Counted from the first letter of the stretch, positions 40,490 through 50,766 are shown. The stretch: 64,000 nt of DNA from Candidatus Hydrogenedentes bacterium UBA2224 (GCA_002348185.1 DDYW01000181.1:77531-141530), one strand, 5' to 3'. A program made the numbers and translations. Notes: a model not told the origin generated them from the letters alone.

Positions 40490-43400
40490 ACGCCGGATTC
40501 TGCCACTTGCACGTCCACACCGAATACAGCGTGCTGGACGGAGCGATCAAGGTCTCGGAACTTCTCGACCGCTGCAGAGACTACGGAATGCGCGCATGCG
40601 CCATCACCGACCACGGGGCGATGTTCGGCGTGGTCGATTTCTTTCAAACGGCCAAGTCCAAGGACGTCAAGCCGGTCATCGGGTCCGAACTCTACATTGC
40701 GCCGGGCCACCGCACCGACCGCTCGGCGAAGACGCAATCGGCCGCCTACAACCATTTGCTCCTGCTCTGCAAGAACGAAACGGGCTACCGGAACCTCTGC
40801 AAACTGAGTTCCATCGGTTACCTGGAAGGGTTCCATTACAAGCCCCGCATCGACTTCGAAACCCTGTCGCGTCATGCCGACGGGCTCATCGCTTCGACCG
40901 CGTGCCTGCGCGGCGAGGTCCCCCAGTTTCTCCTGCGCGAAGAATTCGAGAAGGCGGAAGAGGCGCTCGCGCGCTACATCAGCCTTTTTGGAAAAGAGAA
41001 CTTCTTCGTCGAACTCCAGGACCACGGCCTGTCCGAGCAACACCGCGTGAACCCCCGCCTCGTGGAGATGGCGCGCAAACACGGCCTGCTGCTTGCCGCG
41101 ACCAATGACTGTCACTACCTGAACAAGGATGACGCGGACGCACACGACGCCCTCTTGTGCATTCAGACCAATAAGACCCTCGAAGAGGAAAACCGTTTCC
41201 GCTTCCAGACCCGGGAATTCCATTTCAAAAGCCCCGAGGAAATGCGGGAAGCCTTCGCCGCCTGGCCCGAGGCGATCTCGAATACCGAGAAGATCGCCGA
41301 CATGTGCGAACTCGAGATCCCCCTGCACAAACACCTCATTCCCAAATACATGCCGCCCGCGGGTAAGGCCAAGCCGCAGTTTCTCCGGGAACTGGTCATG
41401 CAGGGACTTCAGGACCGCTACGAGGGCCATCCGGACACGCTGCATGTGGAACGCGCCGAATACGAACTGCGCATCATCGAGCAGATGGGCTTCGTGGACT
41501 ACTTCCTGGTGGTCTGGGATCTCATCAAGACCGCCCGGGACAAGGGCATTCCGGTGGGCCCGGGCCGCGGCTCGGGGGCGGGCAGCCTGGTGGCCTATGC
41601 CCTGACGATTACGAACATCGACCCGATCCGCTACAACCTGCTGTTCGAGCGTTTCCTGAATCCCGACCGCGTGTCCATGCCGGATTTCGATCTCGATTTC
41701 TGCTATACGCGCCGTCCCGAATTGATCGAGTACGTCCGCGAGAAGTATGGACCCGAGAATGTCAGCCAGATCATCACCTTCGGCCGCATGCTGGCCAAGC
41801 AGGCGATCCGCAATGTCGGGCGCGTGATGGGCATGAGCTTCGGCGACGTCGACCGCATCGCGAAGCTGGTCCCAGACGAACTGAAGATCACCCTCAAAGA
41901 TTCCCTTGAAAAAGAACCTGAACTCAAGAACCTGGTCAAGACCGATCCGCAGATTGCCAAACTGTGGAATCTGGCGACCCGCCTCGAAGGCACGATAGGC
42001 ACCCTGGGAACCCACGCCGCGGGCGTCATCATCTGCGATGAGCCCCTCACCGGGCATGTTCCGCTCTTCCAGGCGTCCGGAAGCGATGTTGTCGCGACCC
42101 AGTTCGAGATGAAGACCGCGGAACAAATCGGTTTGTTGAAGATGGACTTCCTGGGCCTGCGGACCTTGACCGTGGTGCATGACGCGGTTCGGTTCATCCA
42201 GGAGAACCGCGGCGTCCATATCGACATCGACGCGCTCGAGCCGGACGACGTGTTGACCTATGAGTTGTTGCGCTCAGGGCGCACCACCGGCGTGTTCCAG
42301 CTCGAAAGCTCCGGGATGCGCGACCTTTCCCGCCGCATCGGACTGGAAAGCCTCGAGGAAATCTGCGCCCTGGTCGCCCTGTACCGTCCGGGCCCCATGC
42401 AGCTCAAGGACCAGTACATCGAGAACAAGCACCATCCGGCCAAACTCACCTACGACCACCCGCTGCTCGAGCCCATTCTCAAAGAGACCTACGGCGTCGC
42501 TCTGTATCAAGAGCAGGTGATGCAGATTGTTCAGGCGCTCGCGGGCTTCTCGCTCGGCCAGGCCGACGAACTGCGCCGCGCCATGGCGAAGAAGAAGGCC
42601 GACCTCATGGAACGCCAGGGGGAGCAGTTCCTGAAAGGCGCGAAAGAAAACGGCATCGACGCGGACACCGCCACCTCCCTGTTCCAGAAGATCGAGCAGT
42701 TCGCGGGATACGGATTCAACAAGTCCCACAGCATGGCGTATGCGTTTGTGGCGTACCAGACCGCCTTCCTCAAAGCCAACTACCCGGTGGAATTCATGGC
42801 GGCGCTGCTCACCAGCGAATCGGGCAACCTCGACAAGGTCGCGCAGTACATTGAAGAATGCCGTCGCATGGGGATCGAGATTCTCCCCCCCGACGTCAAC
42901 CACAGCAGTTACGGATTCAATGTCGAGGGCAGCGCCATCCGTTTCGGCATGGGCGCGGTCAAAAACGTCGGCCGGGACCCGGTCGAGGCCATTCAGGCCG
43001 AGCGCGAAGCGAATGGGCCTTATAAGGACATCTTCGATTTCTGCGCGCGGCTCGACTCCCGGGTGCTCAATCGCCGCGTGCTCGAAAGCCTCAACCGGGC
43101 AGGCGCCTTCGAAAGCACGGGATGGAACCGCAGGCAGGTGGAGGAGTCCCTGGAATCGGCCATGAGCGAAGGACAAATCAACCAGCGGGAACGGGCTGCG
43201 GGCCAGACGTCGCTGCTCGAACTGATGGCCGGCGCGAGCGGCGAACCCATCATCCACAAACGGCCCGACGTCGAGGAATGGCCCGAGAACCAGTTGCTCG
43301 CACTGGAAAAGGAGGTCTTGGGCCTCTACGTAAGCAGCCACCCGCTGGCGCGGCACGCGGTCCTGCTCGAGCGGTTTTCGACGGTTACCCTGGCGGACCT

Positions 43401-43947
43401 CCCCTCCCTGGCCGAGGGGCACGAGGTGCGCATCGGCGGCCTGGTCTCCAACGTGAAAATCCACATCACGCAACGCAACCGCAAGATGGCCTTTGTCACG
43501 CTGGAAACCCTCGAAAGCCCCTGCGAGGTCGTCGTGTTCCCGGAACTGTTCGAGCAGAAGGCCGAACTGCTCGTGCCCGACATGATCGTCATGTTGCGGG
43601 CCAAGGTCAGCTACCGGAATGATGAGCCCAGCCTCCTTGCCGAGGACATCGTGCCCATCGACGAGACTCAGAAACAATTCACGGAGGCGGTGCACATCCG
43701 CTTGAGCACCGTCGGGCTCGACGAAGCCCTGCTCACCCGGCTCGCGGAACTCCTGGATACCCAACCCGGCGATTGCGATGTCTACCTGCACTGCATCACC
43801 CCCGACCACGACGAGGTCACCGTGCACGCCACCTCATCCTGCATGGTGGCGCCGTCTGAACGCCTCTGGCGCGGCCTGGAAGAACTTCTCGGAGAAGCGT
43901 GCCTGTGGTACTCGGGGGCGAACGGCTACCCCCGGCACTCGCGCTGA
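40471..43947 (+). CDS. dnaE: DNA polymerase III alpha subunit
   Basis: The PHP domain has CHLHVHTEYSVLDGA. It is collinear with DnaE throughout (fingers, HhH, OB). Length is 1158 aa. The alternative start GTG 40486 forms a GTGA overlap with the cinA-C stop. Confidence 0.95.
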   Translation: MGAHPVNAGFCHLHVHTEYSVLDGAIKVSELLDRCRDYGMRACAITDHGAMFGVVDFFQTAKSKDVKPVIGSELYIAPGHRTDRSAKTQSAAYNHLLLLCKNETGYRNLCKLSSIGYLEGFHYKPRIDFETLSRHADGLIASTACLRGEVPQFLLREEFEKAEEALARYISLFGKENFFVELQDHGLSEQHRVNPRLVEMARKHGLLLAATNDCHYLNKDDADAHDALLCIQTNKTLEEENRFRFQTREFHFKSPEEMREAFAAWPEAISNTEKIADMCELEIPLHKHLIPKYMPPAGKAKPQFLRELVMQGLQDRYEGHPDTLHVERAEYELRIIEQMGFVDYFLVVWDLIKTARDKGIPVGPGRGSGAGSLVAYALTITNIDPIRYNLLFERFLNPDRVSMPDFDLDFCYTRRPELIEYVREKYGPENVSQIITFGRMLAKQAIRNVGRVMGMSFGDVDRIAKLVPDELKITLKDSLEKEPELKNLVKTDPQIAKLWNLATRLEGTIGTLGTHAAGVIICDEPLTGHVPLFQASGSDVVATQFEMKTAEQIGLLKMDFLGLRTLTVVHDAVRFIQENRGVHIDIDALEPDDVLTYELLRSGRTTGVFQLESSGMRDLSRRIGLESLEEICALVALYRPGPMQLKDQYIENKHHPAKLTYDHPLLEPILKETYGVALYQEQVMQIVQALAGFSLGQADELRRAMAKKKADLMERQGEQFLKGAKENGIDADTATSLFQKIEQFAGYGFNKSHSMAYAFVAYQTAFLKANYPVEFMAALLTSESGNLDKVAQYIEECRRMGIEILPPDVNHSSYGFNVEGSAIRFGMGAVKNVGRDPVEAIQAEREANGPYKDIFDFCARLDSRVLNRRVLESLNRAGAFESTGWNRRQVEESLESAMSEGQINQRERAAGQTSLLELMAGASGEPIIHKRPDVEEWPENQLLALEKEVLGLYVSSHPLARHAVLLERFSTVTLADLPSLAEGHEVRIGGLVSNVKIHITQRNRKMAFVTLETLESPCEVVVFPELFEQKAELLVPDMIVMLRAKVSYRNDEPSLLAEDIVPIDETQKQFTEAVHIRLSTVGLDEALLTRLAELLDTQPGDCDVYLHCITPDHDEVTVHATSSCMVAPSERLWRGLEELLGEACLWYSGANGYPRHSR

Positions 43948-44262
43948 CGGGCCCCGCGCGTCAGGCTCGCACCCAGCCGCAAACGCCCGCTCAAACACGC
44001 GCTCGGCCAGGACGTTTCATGACCCGGGAGATTCCCGCACTAAGTCCATGTGGCACGCACGTTTCGCGCAGCGCGCCCTTGCCATGCGCCCGCGATTTCG
44101 GGCATACTGGCCACGGGGCGGTCATTACGCGTATGTCAGGACCGCAAGCAGCAGGAATGCACCGGGAACGTTCTCTGAGAGGCGCCCTCAAACGCGGGGC
44201 CTGCGGTGGGAAGCCGCCGTGTTGACTCTCCAGACACGGCCACGGGAGATTGGGGTGTCGCA

Positions 44263-44736
44263 ATGCAGTTAGAGACAGTACGGTTCGGGTCCCTCGAAGT
44301 GGCTCCGGATGCGGTGATCACATTCACGCAACCCATCCTGGGCTTTCAAGAGTATCGCCGTTTTGTGGTCCTCCCGGGGCCGAGCGAATATCTGTGGTGG
44401 CTTCAGTCGACGGAGTCCGGCGATCTCGCCTTCATTCTGATGGATCCCGCGGTGGTAGTTCCAGATTACCGCGTTGAAATCCGGCCTGCCGAACTCAGCG
44501 AGCTGGCCGTCGCCTCCATCGGCGAACTTGACGTCTATACACTGGTGGTCGTGCCCGAGGACAAGAGAAAAGTGCGCACCAATCTCCGGGCGCCCATTCT
44601 GATCAACCCCAAGCTGCGGCTGGCCAAACAGGCGCTCCTGGACCGCAGCGACTACCCCATTCAATTCTTCCTCGCGCAACCCCATCAGGGCCAGGGACAG
44701 GCCCGGGAGGCATCCAATGCTGGTCTTAACCCGTAA
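44263..44736 (+). CDS. fliW: flagellar assembly factor FliW (CsrA antagonist)
   Basis: [43 protein letters not shown] and AKQ are present. Length is 157 aa from the internal Met (track ORF from 44206). GGGAGATTGGGG lies upstream. Confidence 0.8.
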   Translation: MQLETVRFGSLEVAPDAVITFTQPILGFQEYRRFVVLPGPSEYLWWLQSTESGDLAFILMDPAVVVPDYRVEIRPAELSELAVASIGELDVYTLVVVPEDKRKVRTNLRAPILINPKLRLAKQALLDRSDYPIQFFLAQPHQGQGQAREASNAGLNP

Positions 44737-44938
44737 AGAGGATGAAAGCATCATGATTGGGGACGACATCGAGGTCAAAGTCCTTGATCTGAAAGAAAGC
44801 CAGGTGAAATTGGGAATCGTCGCCCCAAAGTCCGTGGCCGTGCACCGGCGGGAGGTCTATCTGGCCATCCAGAGCGAAAACACGCAGGCGGCCTCCGCGG
44901 CGCAGATCGACTCCATCACGGATCTGATTCAGCGATAA
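44717..44938 (+). CDS. csrA: carbon storage regulator CsrA
   Basis: [25 protein letters not shown]...[19 protein letters not shown] is present. Length is 73 aa with the longer C-terminal tail typical of FliW-regulated CsrAs. It overlaps fliW by 20 nt. Confidence 0.9.
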   Translation: MLVLTRKEDESIMIGDDIEVKVLDLKESQVKLGIVAPKSVAVHRREVYLAIQSENTQAASAAQIDSITDLIQR

Positions 44939-44960
44939 CCGGCATGAGGGGACATCGCTA

Positions 44961-45587
44961 ATGGAACTCATCGTAGACGGAAGCGCCAGAGGCCTCGGAG
45001 AAGAGCCCCAGGGCAGTATCTTCGACCTGGTGGTCGCGCTCGGCAGGCAGCTTCAGGAGGACGGCCGTTCCATCATGACCGTCCGAATCGACGGAAGCGA
45101 GATCAGCGCCGGAAACCTGGTGGAATCCATGCGAGACAAGCCGGTGACAAGCGTCCGGCAGATCGTGATCACTTCGGAAGACACCCGGACGCTGGTGAAC
45201 GAGTCCCTGTCGGACATGCAGGCCTCGCTGCCCGAGCTTCCGGTGGCGTGCCAGGAACTGGCCCGAGTGTTTCAGAGCGAGACGCCGGACGCCGGCTACG
45301 AGCCGTTCCAGCAGCTTGCGGCGATATGGGGCGCCATCAAGGAGCGGGAACTGATGGTCGCGAACGCCCTCGAGATCTCGCTGGAAGAACTCCTGATCGG
45401 CGAACTCACGGTCAAACAGTTTCATGATGATCTCAATGCCTATTTGCGGGAAGCCACCGAAGCCCTCAAAAAGAGGGATTCGGTGTTGTTGGGGGACCTG
45501 CTTGAATACGAACTGGCGCCACGGGCCGAAAAAGAGAGCGCGATCGTCGCGATTCTGATGAAAGAGGCCGAACAATTTGCGGGGTAG
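44961..45587 (+). CDS. hypothetical acidic protein (208 aa), no recognisable domain
   Basis: It lies between csrA and the glycosyltransferase genes. The next gene starts 2 nt after its stop. Confidence 0.5.
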   Translation: MELIVDGSARGLGEEPQGSIFDLVVALGRQLQEDGRSIMTVRIDGSEISAGNLVESMRDKPVTSVRQIVITSEDTRTLVNESLSDMQASLPELPVACQELARVFQSETPDAGYEPFQQLAAIWGAIKERELMVANALEISLEELLIGELTVKQFHDDLNAYLREATEALKKRDSVLLGDLLEYELAPRAEKESAIVAILMKEAEQFAG

Positions 45588-45589
45588 GA

Positions 45590-48500
45590 ATGGCCGCGCC
45601 GCGCATCCTGACATTCAATTTTCATGAGCCTTACCTGTGCCTGATGGCGCGGACCGGCCTGCCCTTTGCCATCGGTGAATATGACAGCCCCCCCTTCGCG
45701 CGGAAATGGCACGAGCGCTACCGCCCCATCCCTCCGAACTTCACGTTTCTCAACGAAAACACCTGGCGACGCGACCTTGCGCAGGGCCGCTTCGACGTCG
45801 TCATCGCGCAAAACGAGATGAATGCGGCCGGCCTCTCCAAAGAGGCGCTGCTCAGCGACACCCCCCTCCTTCTGGTCTGCCACAACCGGCGCAGCTTCCT
45901 CGAAGCAACCATGAAGAATGGCCCCGACAGCCGCTACGATACGTTTCAGCGCCTCCTGGAAACGCTCCGGAGAATTGCCCGGTTTGTGTTCATCTCTGAG
46001 ACCAAACGTGATGATTACGCCATCCCGGGCATCGTCATCTGCCCCGGCATCGACGTCGAGGAATACGGCGGCTATACGGGAGAAAACCCGGGGGTGCTGC
46101 GCGTCGGCAACGCCTTGGGCCAGCGGGACGTCATGTTCGACGTCGGCTTTCAGGAACGGGTATGTGCCGGTTTTGCCAACCGCCTCGCGGGCGACAATCC
46201 GGACATCCCGGAGTCCCAGCCGGCCGCGTCCTTCGATGACCTGCGCCGGCTCTATCGCTCCTTCCGGTGCTATCTGCACGTCACCCGGGAAGCCTACGAG
46301 GACGGCTACAACCTCGCCCTGCTCGAAGCCATGGCCACAGGCATGCCGGTGGTCTCTCTCGCGAACCCGACATCTCCCCTCACGGACGGGAAAGACGGTT
46401 TTCTGTCGTACGACGCCGATGTCCTCCGGGGCCACATCGCTATGCTGCTCGATGATCTGTCCTGCGCCCGGGAGATCGGCGCTCGCGCCCGTGAAACCGT
46501 CGCGCAGGCGTTTCCCATGGCCCCCTTCGTCGAGGCCTGGCGCGAAACCATTCTGTCGGCCGCCGAACTCAGCCCCCGGCAAAGCACAAGGACCCGGACA
46601 CGCATCACGCCGCCTCCCCTGCCAACTACCGCCGTGCCCGCGACGGAGATCCTCCTTCACTACATGGCGTCGCCGGTCACCACGGGAAGATATTTTGAGT
46701 GGGCCCTGCGCAAACGCCATCACGTCGTCACCGCGGGGTTCCGGTGCCCGGAAGCGATTCTAAGCCGGTGGGGATTTCCGGGCGAACCGCCCGCGTACGG
46801 TCCCCACGACGTGGAACTCAGGCTCGAGACGCCCTACCGGGAACTCATGGGCATGCTGCCAGACGGATTTGCGCCCCGTCTGTACCTCTGGGTGGATTCC
46901 GGCCCGAAACAGGTGGCGCCCGACATCGACTGCCTGCGCATCCCGAAAGCCTGTTACCTCATCGACACGCACCTGGCCCCCGAATTGCGCATCGACATCG
47001 CCCGGCATTTCAATTTCGTGTTTCTGGCGCAGAAAGCCCAAGTGCCGCTCTTCCAGGACGCCGGCCTCGCAAACGTCTGCTGGTTGCCGCTCGCGTGTTC
47101 ACCCGAGCTGCACGACGTGGGACAACCCGAACGCATCTACGACGTGGCCTGTATCGGCCGGATTCAGGATGACCCCCACGACCGCCGCGCCAGGATTCTC
47201 GACCGCGTACGCAGCGCGTTTCCCCGGCACCGCATCGGCCAGCAATGGCCCCCGGACATGGCGCGAACGTATGCCCAGTCGAAGATCGTCGTGAACGCGG
47301 CCGTCAACAACGACCTCAACATGCGCGTATTCGAGGCGATGGCGTCGGGCGCGCTCCTCATTACTGACCGCGCGGAAGGCCTGTTGGACCTCTTCGAGGA
47401 AGGCGAACATTTCGTGCTCTACCGCGATGAGGATGAGCTGTGCCCGCTCATCGAGCGCTACCTCGCTGACCGCGAGGCGCGGGAACGCATCGCGCAGCAG
47501 GGGCGAGACCTCGTGCTTGCGCAACATACGTACGACCTGCGCATGGAGCAATTACTCGGATGCGTATTCGAAGCCGCGGGCGTGTTCGGCGGCTACCGCG
47601 GGGAATCCCGGTACCACTACGGCGGCTACTACTGCTCCCCGCGCGCGGAACTGGCGGTCCATGTCCCCCCGGGGGCGAAGCGCGTCCTCGACGTCGGGTG
47701 CGGGGGCGGCGCGTTCGGACGATCGCTGAAAGAGCGCGGCGTACAGGAGGTCGTCGGGATCGAGATTGACGAGCGCGCGTGCGCCCTCGCCAGGGAAGTG
47801 CTTGATGACGCCCTCGCCGGCAACATCGAACAGATGGAACTGCCTTTCGAACCCGGGCACTTCGATTGCGTCACGTTCGGGGATGTGCTTGAACATCTGG
47901 TTGACCCGGCGGCAACGCTGCGCAGGATTGCGCCGTTCCTCGCCCCGGAAGGCCTTGCGGTCGCCAGCATCCCCAACGCGCGTTTCTGCCAGGTGGTGCA
48001 GATGCTTGCCGAAGGCCGGTGGAAATACGAAGATGCCGGCATCCTCGACCGGACGCATCTGCGGTTCTTCACCGCGACGGAAATGCAGATGCTTTTCCAG
48101 GGGGCGGGCTACGAGATCCTGAAGATGCTGCCCCTCTCGATGCTTCAGGCGGAGCTCCTTCCTCGCAACGCTGACGGAGGTTTCACGCTCGGCAAACTGA
48201 CCGTCGGCCCCTTAAATGACGCGGAGTATCAGGATTTTCTCGTGTACCAGTACCTCGTCGTCGCACGGAGCGCCGCCGGGACGCCGCTGGAACGCGCACG
48301 GGCCGCGTTGTCCGAAGGCCGTTTCGAGGAGGCCTGCACCCTGGCCGCCTCGGCCGCGAACGCGGACCCCACCGAGCGCAAGTTCATCATCGGGCAGGCG
48401 CTGGGCCGGCTTGGAAAACTCGAGGCCGCCGAATCGGCCTTGCGCGAAGCCTGCGCGTCCAGCCCCGCCCGCGCGGACATCGTCGGGCAACTGGGGGTGC

Positions 48501-48928
48501 TGCTGGTCGCCATGAACCGAAGCGCCGAGGCCATCCCCTGTCTGGAGCAGGCCGTTGCCGCCAACCCGGGGGACCACCGCGCCCTCGGCGCCTGGGGTCT
48601 GGCCCTGCTCGCCAGCGGCAACCCCGAAGAGGCCTTCACGAAGCTCAGGGCGTCTCTGGAGATTCACTTCGATAACGCGCCGCTCATGGACTCCTTTGCC
48701 GCCCTCGGCGAAACGCTGGAACGATGGTCGGATATGGAGCCGGTGCTTCGCCGGTTTGTGGAGTTTTACCCCGCAAACACCGCCATGTCGCTGCGCCTTG
48801 CCCGCATTCTGGCCCGGCTGGGAAAAACCGGCGAGGCGCGCGAGCGCTTGGAAACCGTGCTCTTGTTCGACACCGGTAACGCAGACGCGCGTCAGTTGCT
48901 TGAAGAAATTTCGTCCGGGGGCGCATAA
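45590..48928 (+). CDS. multidomain enzyme: GT4 glycosyltransferase + CgeB-like glycosyltransferase (Glyco_trans_1_2) + class I SAM methyltransferase + C-terminal TPR repeats
   Basis: GT4 has EDGYNLALLEAMATGMPVV. The CgeB-like domain has NMRVFEAMASGALLITD...LYRDEDEL...AQHTYDLRMEQLL. The SAM-binding motif is VLDVGCGGGAFG with post-I FDCVTFGDVLEHLVDP. The tail is TPR-like Ala/Leu repeats. It is one 1112-aa ORF. Confidence 0.8.
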   Translation: MAAPRILTFNFHEPYLCLMARTGLPFAIGEYDSPPFARKWHERYRPIPPNFTFLNENTWRRDLAQGRFDVVIAQNEMNAAGLSKEALLSDTPLLLVCHNRRSFLEATMKNGPDSRYDTFQRLLETLRRIARFVFISETKRDDYAIPGIVICPGIDVEEYGGYTGENPGVLRVGNALGQRDVMFDVGFQERVCAGFANRLAGDNPDIPESQPAASFDDLRRLYRSFRCYLHVTREAYEDGYNLALLEAMATGMPVVSLANPTSPLTDGKDGFLSYDADVLRGHIAMLLDDLSCAREIGARARETVAQAFPMAPFVEAWRETILSAAELSPRQSTRTRTRITPPPLPTTAVPATEILLHYMASPVTTGRYFEWALRKRHHVVTAGFRCPEAILSRWGFPGEPPAYGPHDVELRLETPYRELMGMLPDGFAPRLYLWVDSGPKQVAPDIDCLRIPKACYLIDTHLAPELRIDIARHFNFVFLAQKAQVPLFQDAGLANVCWLPLACSPELHDVGQPERIYDVACIGRIQDDPHDRRARILDRVRSAFPRHRIGQQWPPDMARTYAQSKIVVNAAVNNDLNMRVFEAMASGALLITDRAEGLLDLFEEGEHFVLYRDEDELCPLIERYLADREARERIAQQGRDLVLAQHTYDLRMEQLLGCVFEAAGVFGGYRGESRYHYGGYYCSPRAELAVHVPPGAKRVLDVGCGGGAFGRSLKERGVQEVVGIEIDERACALAREVLDDALAGNIEQMELPFEPGHFDCVTFGDVLEHLVDPAATLRRIAPFLAPEGLAVASIPNARFCQVVQMLAEGRWKYEDAGILDRTHLRFFTATEMQMLFQGAGYEILKMLPLSMLQAELLPRNADGGFTLGKLTVGPLNDAEYQDFLVYQYLVVARSAAGTPLERARAALSEGRFEEACTLAASAANADPTERKFIIGQALGRLGKLEAAESALREACASSPARADIVGQLGVLLVAMNRSAEAIPCLEQAVAANPGDHRALGAWGLALLASGNPEEAFTKLRASLEIHFDNAPLMDSFAALGETLERWSDMEPVLRRFVEFYPANTAMSLRLARILARLGKTGEARERLETVLLFDTGNADARQLLEEISSGGA

Positions 48929-48977
48929 CAAGAAAGGGTTGTAGGGGAGGACGCGTGAAACCACGGGTACCACAGAG

Positions 48978-50762
48978 ATGATGAAGCCCGCACGAGAATG
49001 GATGGCGGAACTCGCGGAGGTCGTGCCGCCCCCGGATGTGTGCCTGGAGGAGGGGCGCGAAGGCGAACCGACCCTGCGTATTGGCACTGCCTATCTCCAC
49101 AGCCGCTACAAACCCCGCGAAGAAGCCAAACGCCTGCTCGACTCCGCGGAGCTGGACCCCGACCGTCCGGTGCTTGTCGTCGGCGTGGGTCTGGGTTATC
49201 ACATCCTGGAGCTTCTCGACCGCGGATACCGCGTTGCCGTGGCCGAACCCGACCGCGCCATTGCCGCCCTGGCGGTGGGGGGACTTCTGCGTGATCGCGA
49301 GGTTCTGCTGGGCATAGGCGAGCCGGACGCGATCGCCGCCTCTCCCTTCTTCCAGCGCTTCGTCCGCGATACCCCGCAGGTATTCGTGCATCCTCCGTCC
49401 GCCCGCATCCAACCGGCATTCGCGGAAGCGATGACGGCCCGGGTATCGCGTGCCGCGCTGCTCGGACAGCGCCTGAGAATCGCCGTCGTGGGCCCGATGT
49501 TCGGCGGGTCCCTGCCCATTGCCGGACATCTGGTCCGCGCGTTCCAGAAGCTGGGCCATCAGACCGTCTATGCCGACAACAGCCTGGCCTGGAACCTCTA
49601 CGAGACCATGAGTGCTTCGGTGAAATCGCGCAAGGCCGCCCATCAACTGGGCGAACTCCTCGTCCATTTTCTGGGGGAATGGTCGTATGCCCGGGTCATG
49701 GAATTCGCGCCCGACATCTGCGTGGTCATGGCGCAGGCCCCGGTCTCGCCCCAGTTCCCGCTTCGACTGGCCCCCGAGGGCATCGTCACGGCGTTCTGGT
49801 ATGTCGAGAACTGGCGGCACCTGCCGTATTGGAAAGAGCTTGCGCCACACTACGACTTCTTCTTCCACATCCAGCCCGGCGCCTTCGAGACCCAGCTCCG
49901 CGAGGCGGGATGCCAATATCAGGCCTGTGTACTGACGGGCTGCGACCCGGAGGTGCACCGCCCCGTAACCCTGGAAGACGCGGAACGCGACGAGTTCGCC
50001 TGCGACGTTTCCTTCGCGGGAGCGGGTTACATGAACCGGAACCAGGTGCTGGCCGGCCTCACGGACTATGCCCTGAAAATCTGGGGCGTGAACTGGGCCC
50101 ATCCCTCCCTCCGGCCCGTCCTTCAACGCCCAAACGAGCGATTCACGCCTGAATTGTTCGCGAAAATCGTCGCAGGCTCGAAGGTCAACCTGAACCTGCA
50201 TTCGAGCACGAGTTTCCCGGGCGTGGATCCCCATTGCGACGCGATTAACCCCCGCGTGTTCGAGATCGCCGCCTGCGGAGGGTTCCAGCTCTGCGACCCG
50301 TGCACAGGGCTTGACGCCTGCTTTGATTTCGCCACCGAGTTGCCCGTCTACACGTCGCTGAAGGAGTTACGGGACAAAATCGACTATTATCTCGCCCATT
50401 CCGCCGAACGCGCACAGATCGCCGCGGCTGCCCGCGCTCGCGCACTCCGCGACCACACCTACGAAAAACGCGCCGCGCAGATGCTCGAGCGGATACTCGA
50501 TGCGTTCGGCGCGCGCATTCTTCGGAAAGGCATCCGGGTGCAGCGCACGGTCGCCGAGATCAAAGACCGCTGCGCAGAGGATGCCGCCCTGGCGGCCTTC
50601 CTCGATACCCTGCCGTCCGATGCGCTGTTCGACCACGAAACCGTAAATGCGCACCTGCCCACGGCCATGATGGCCCACAACCGGGCCGAAGGGCTGTTCG
50701 CTTACTTGAGGGAGTTGCGCAACTCAGCCGAAGCGCTTCTCCAACTGCGGGACACGGAGTGA
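48978..50762 (+). CDS. Maf-like (DUF115 / MptE-like) protein fused to CgeB-like glycosyltransferase domain
   Basis: The N-terminus has YLHSRYKPREEAKRLL...VLVVGVGLGYHILELLD, which I recognise as the motility-accessory-factor/DUF115 pattern. The C-terminus has NPRVFEIAACGGFQLCD...DHTYEKRAAQMLE, the Glyco_trans_1_2 pattern. The domain calls are from memory, not from a search. Confidence 0.6.
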   Translation: MMKPAREWMAELAEVVPPPDVCLEEGREGEPTLRIGTAYLHSRYKPREEAKRLLDSAELDPDRPVLVVGVGLGYHILELLDRGYRVAVAEPDRAIAALAVGGLLRDREVLLGIGEPDAIAASPFFQRFVRDTPQVFVHPPSARIQPAFAEAMTARVSRAALLGQRLRIAVVGPMFGGSLPIAGHLVRAFQKLGHQTVYADNSLAWNLYETMSASVKSRKAAHQLGELLVHFLGEWSYARVMEFAPDICVVMAQAPVSPQFPLRLAPEGIVTAFWYVENWRHLPYWKELAPHYDFFFHIQPGAFETQLREAGCQYQACVLTGCDPEVHRPVTLEDAERDEFACDVSFAGAGYMNRNQVLAGLTDYALKIWGVNWAHPSLRPVLQRPNERFTPELFAKIVAGSKVNLNLHSSTSFPGVDPHCDAINPRVFEIAACGGFQLCDPCTGLDACFDFATELPVYTSLKELRDKIDYYLAHSAERAQIAAAARARALRDHTYEKRAAQMLERILDAFGARILRKGIRVQRTVAEIKDRCAEDAALAAFLDTLPSDALFDHETVNAHLPTAMMAHNRAEGLFAYLRELRNSAEALLQLRDTE

Positions 50763-50766
50763 CGGC

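Noticed and set aside
40282-43827. 645-aa and 517-aa minus-strand ORFs
   Set aside because: They are antisense shadows inside dnaE, whose PHP and polymerase motifs are unambiguous on the + strand.
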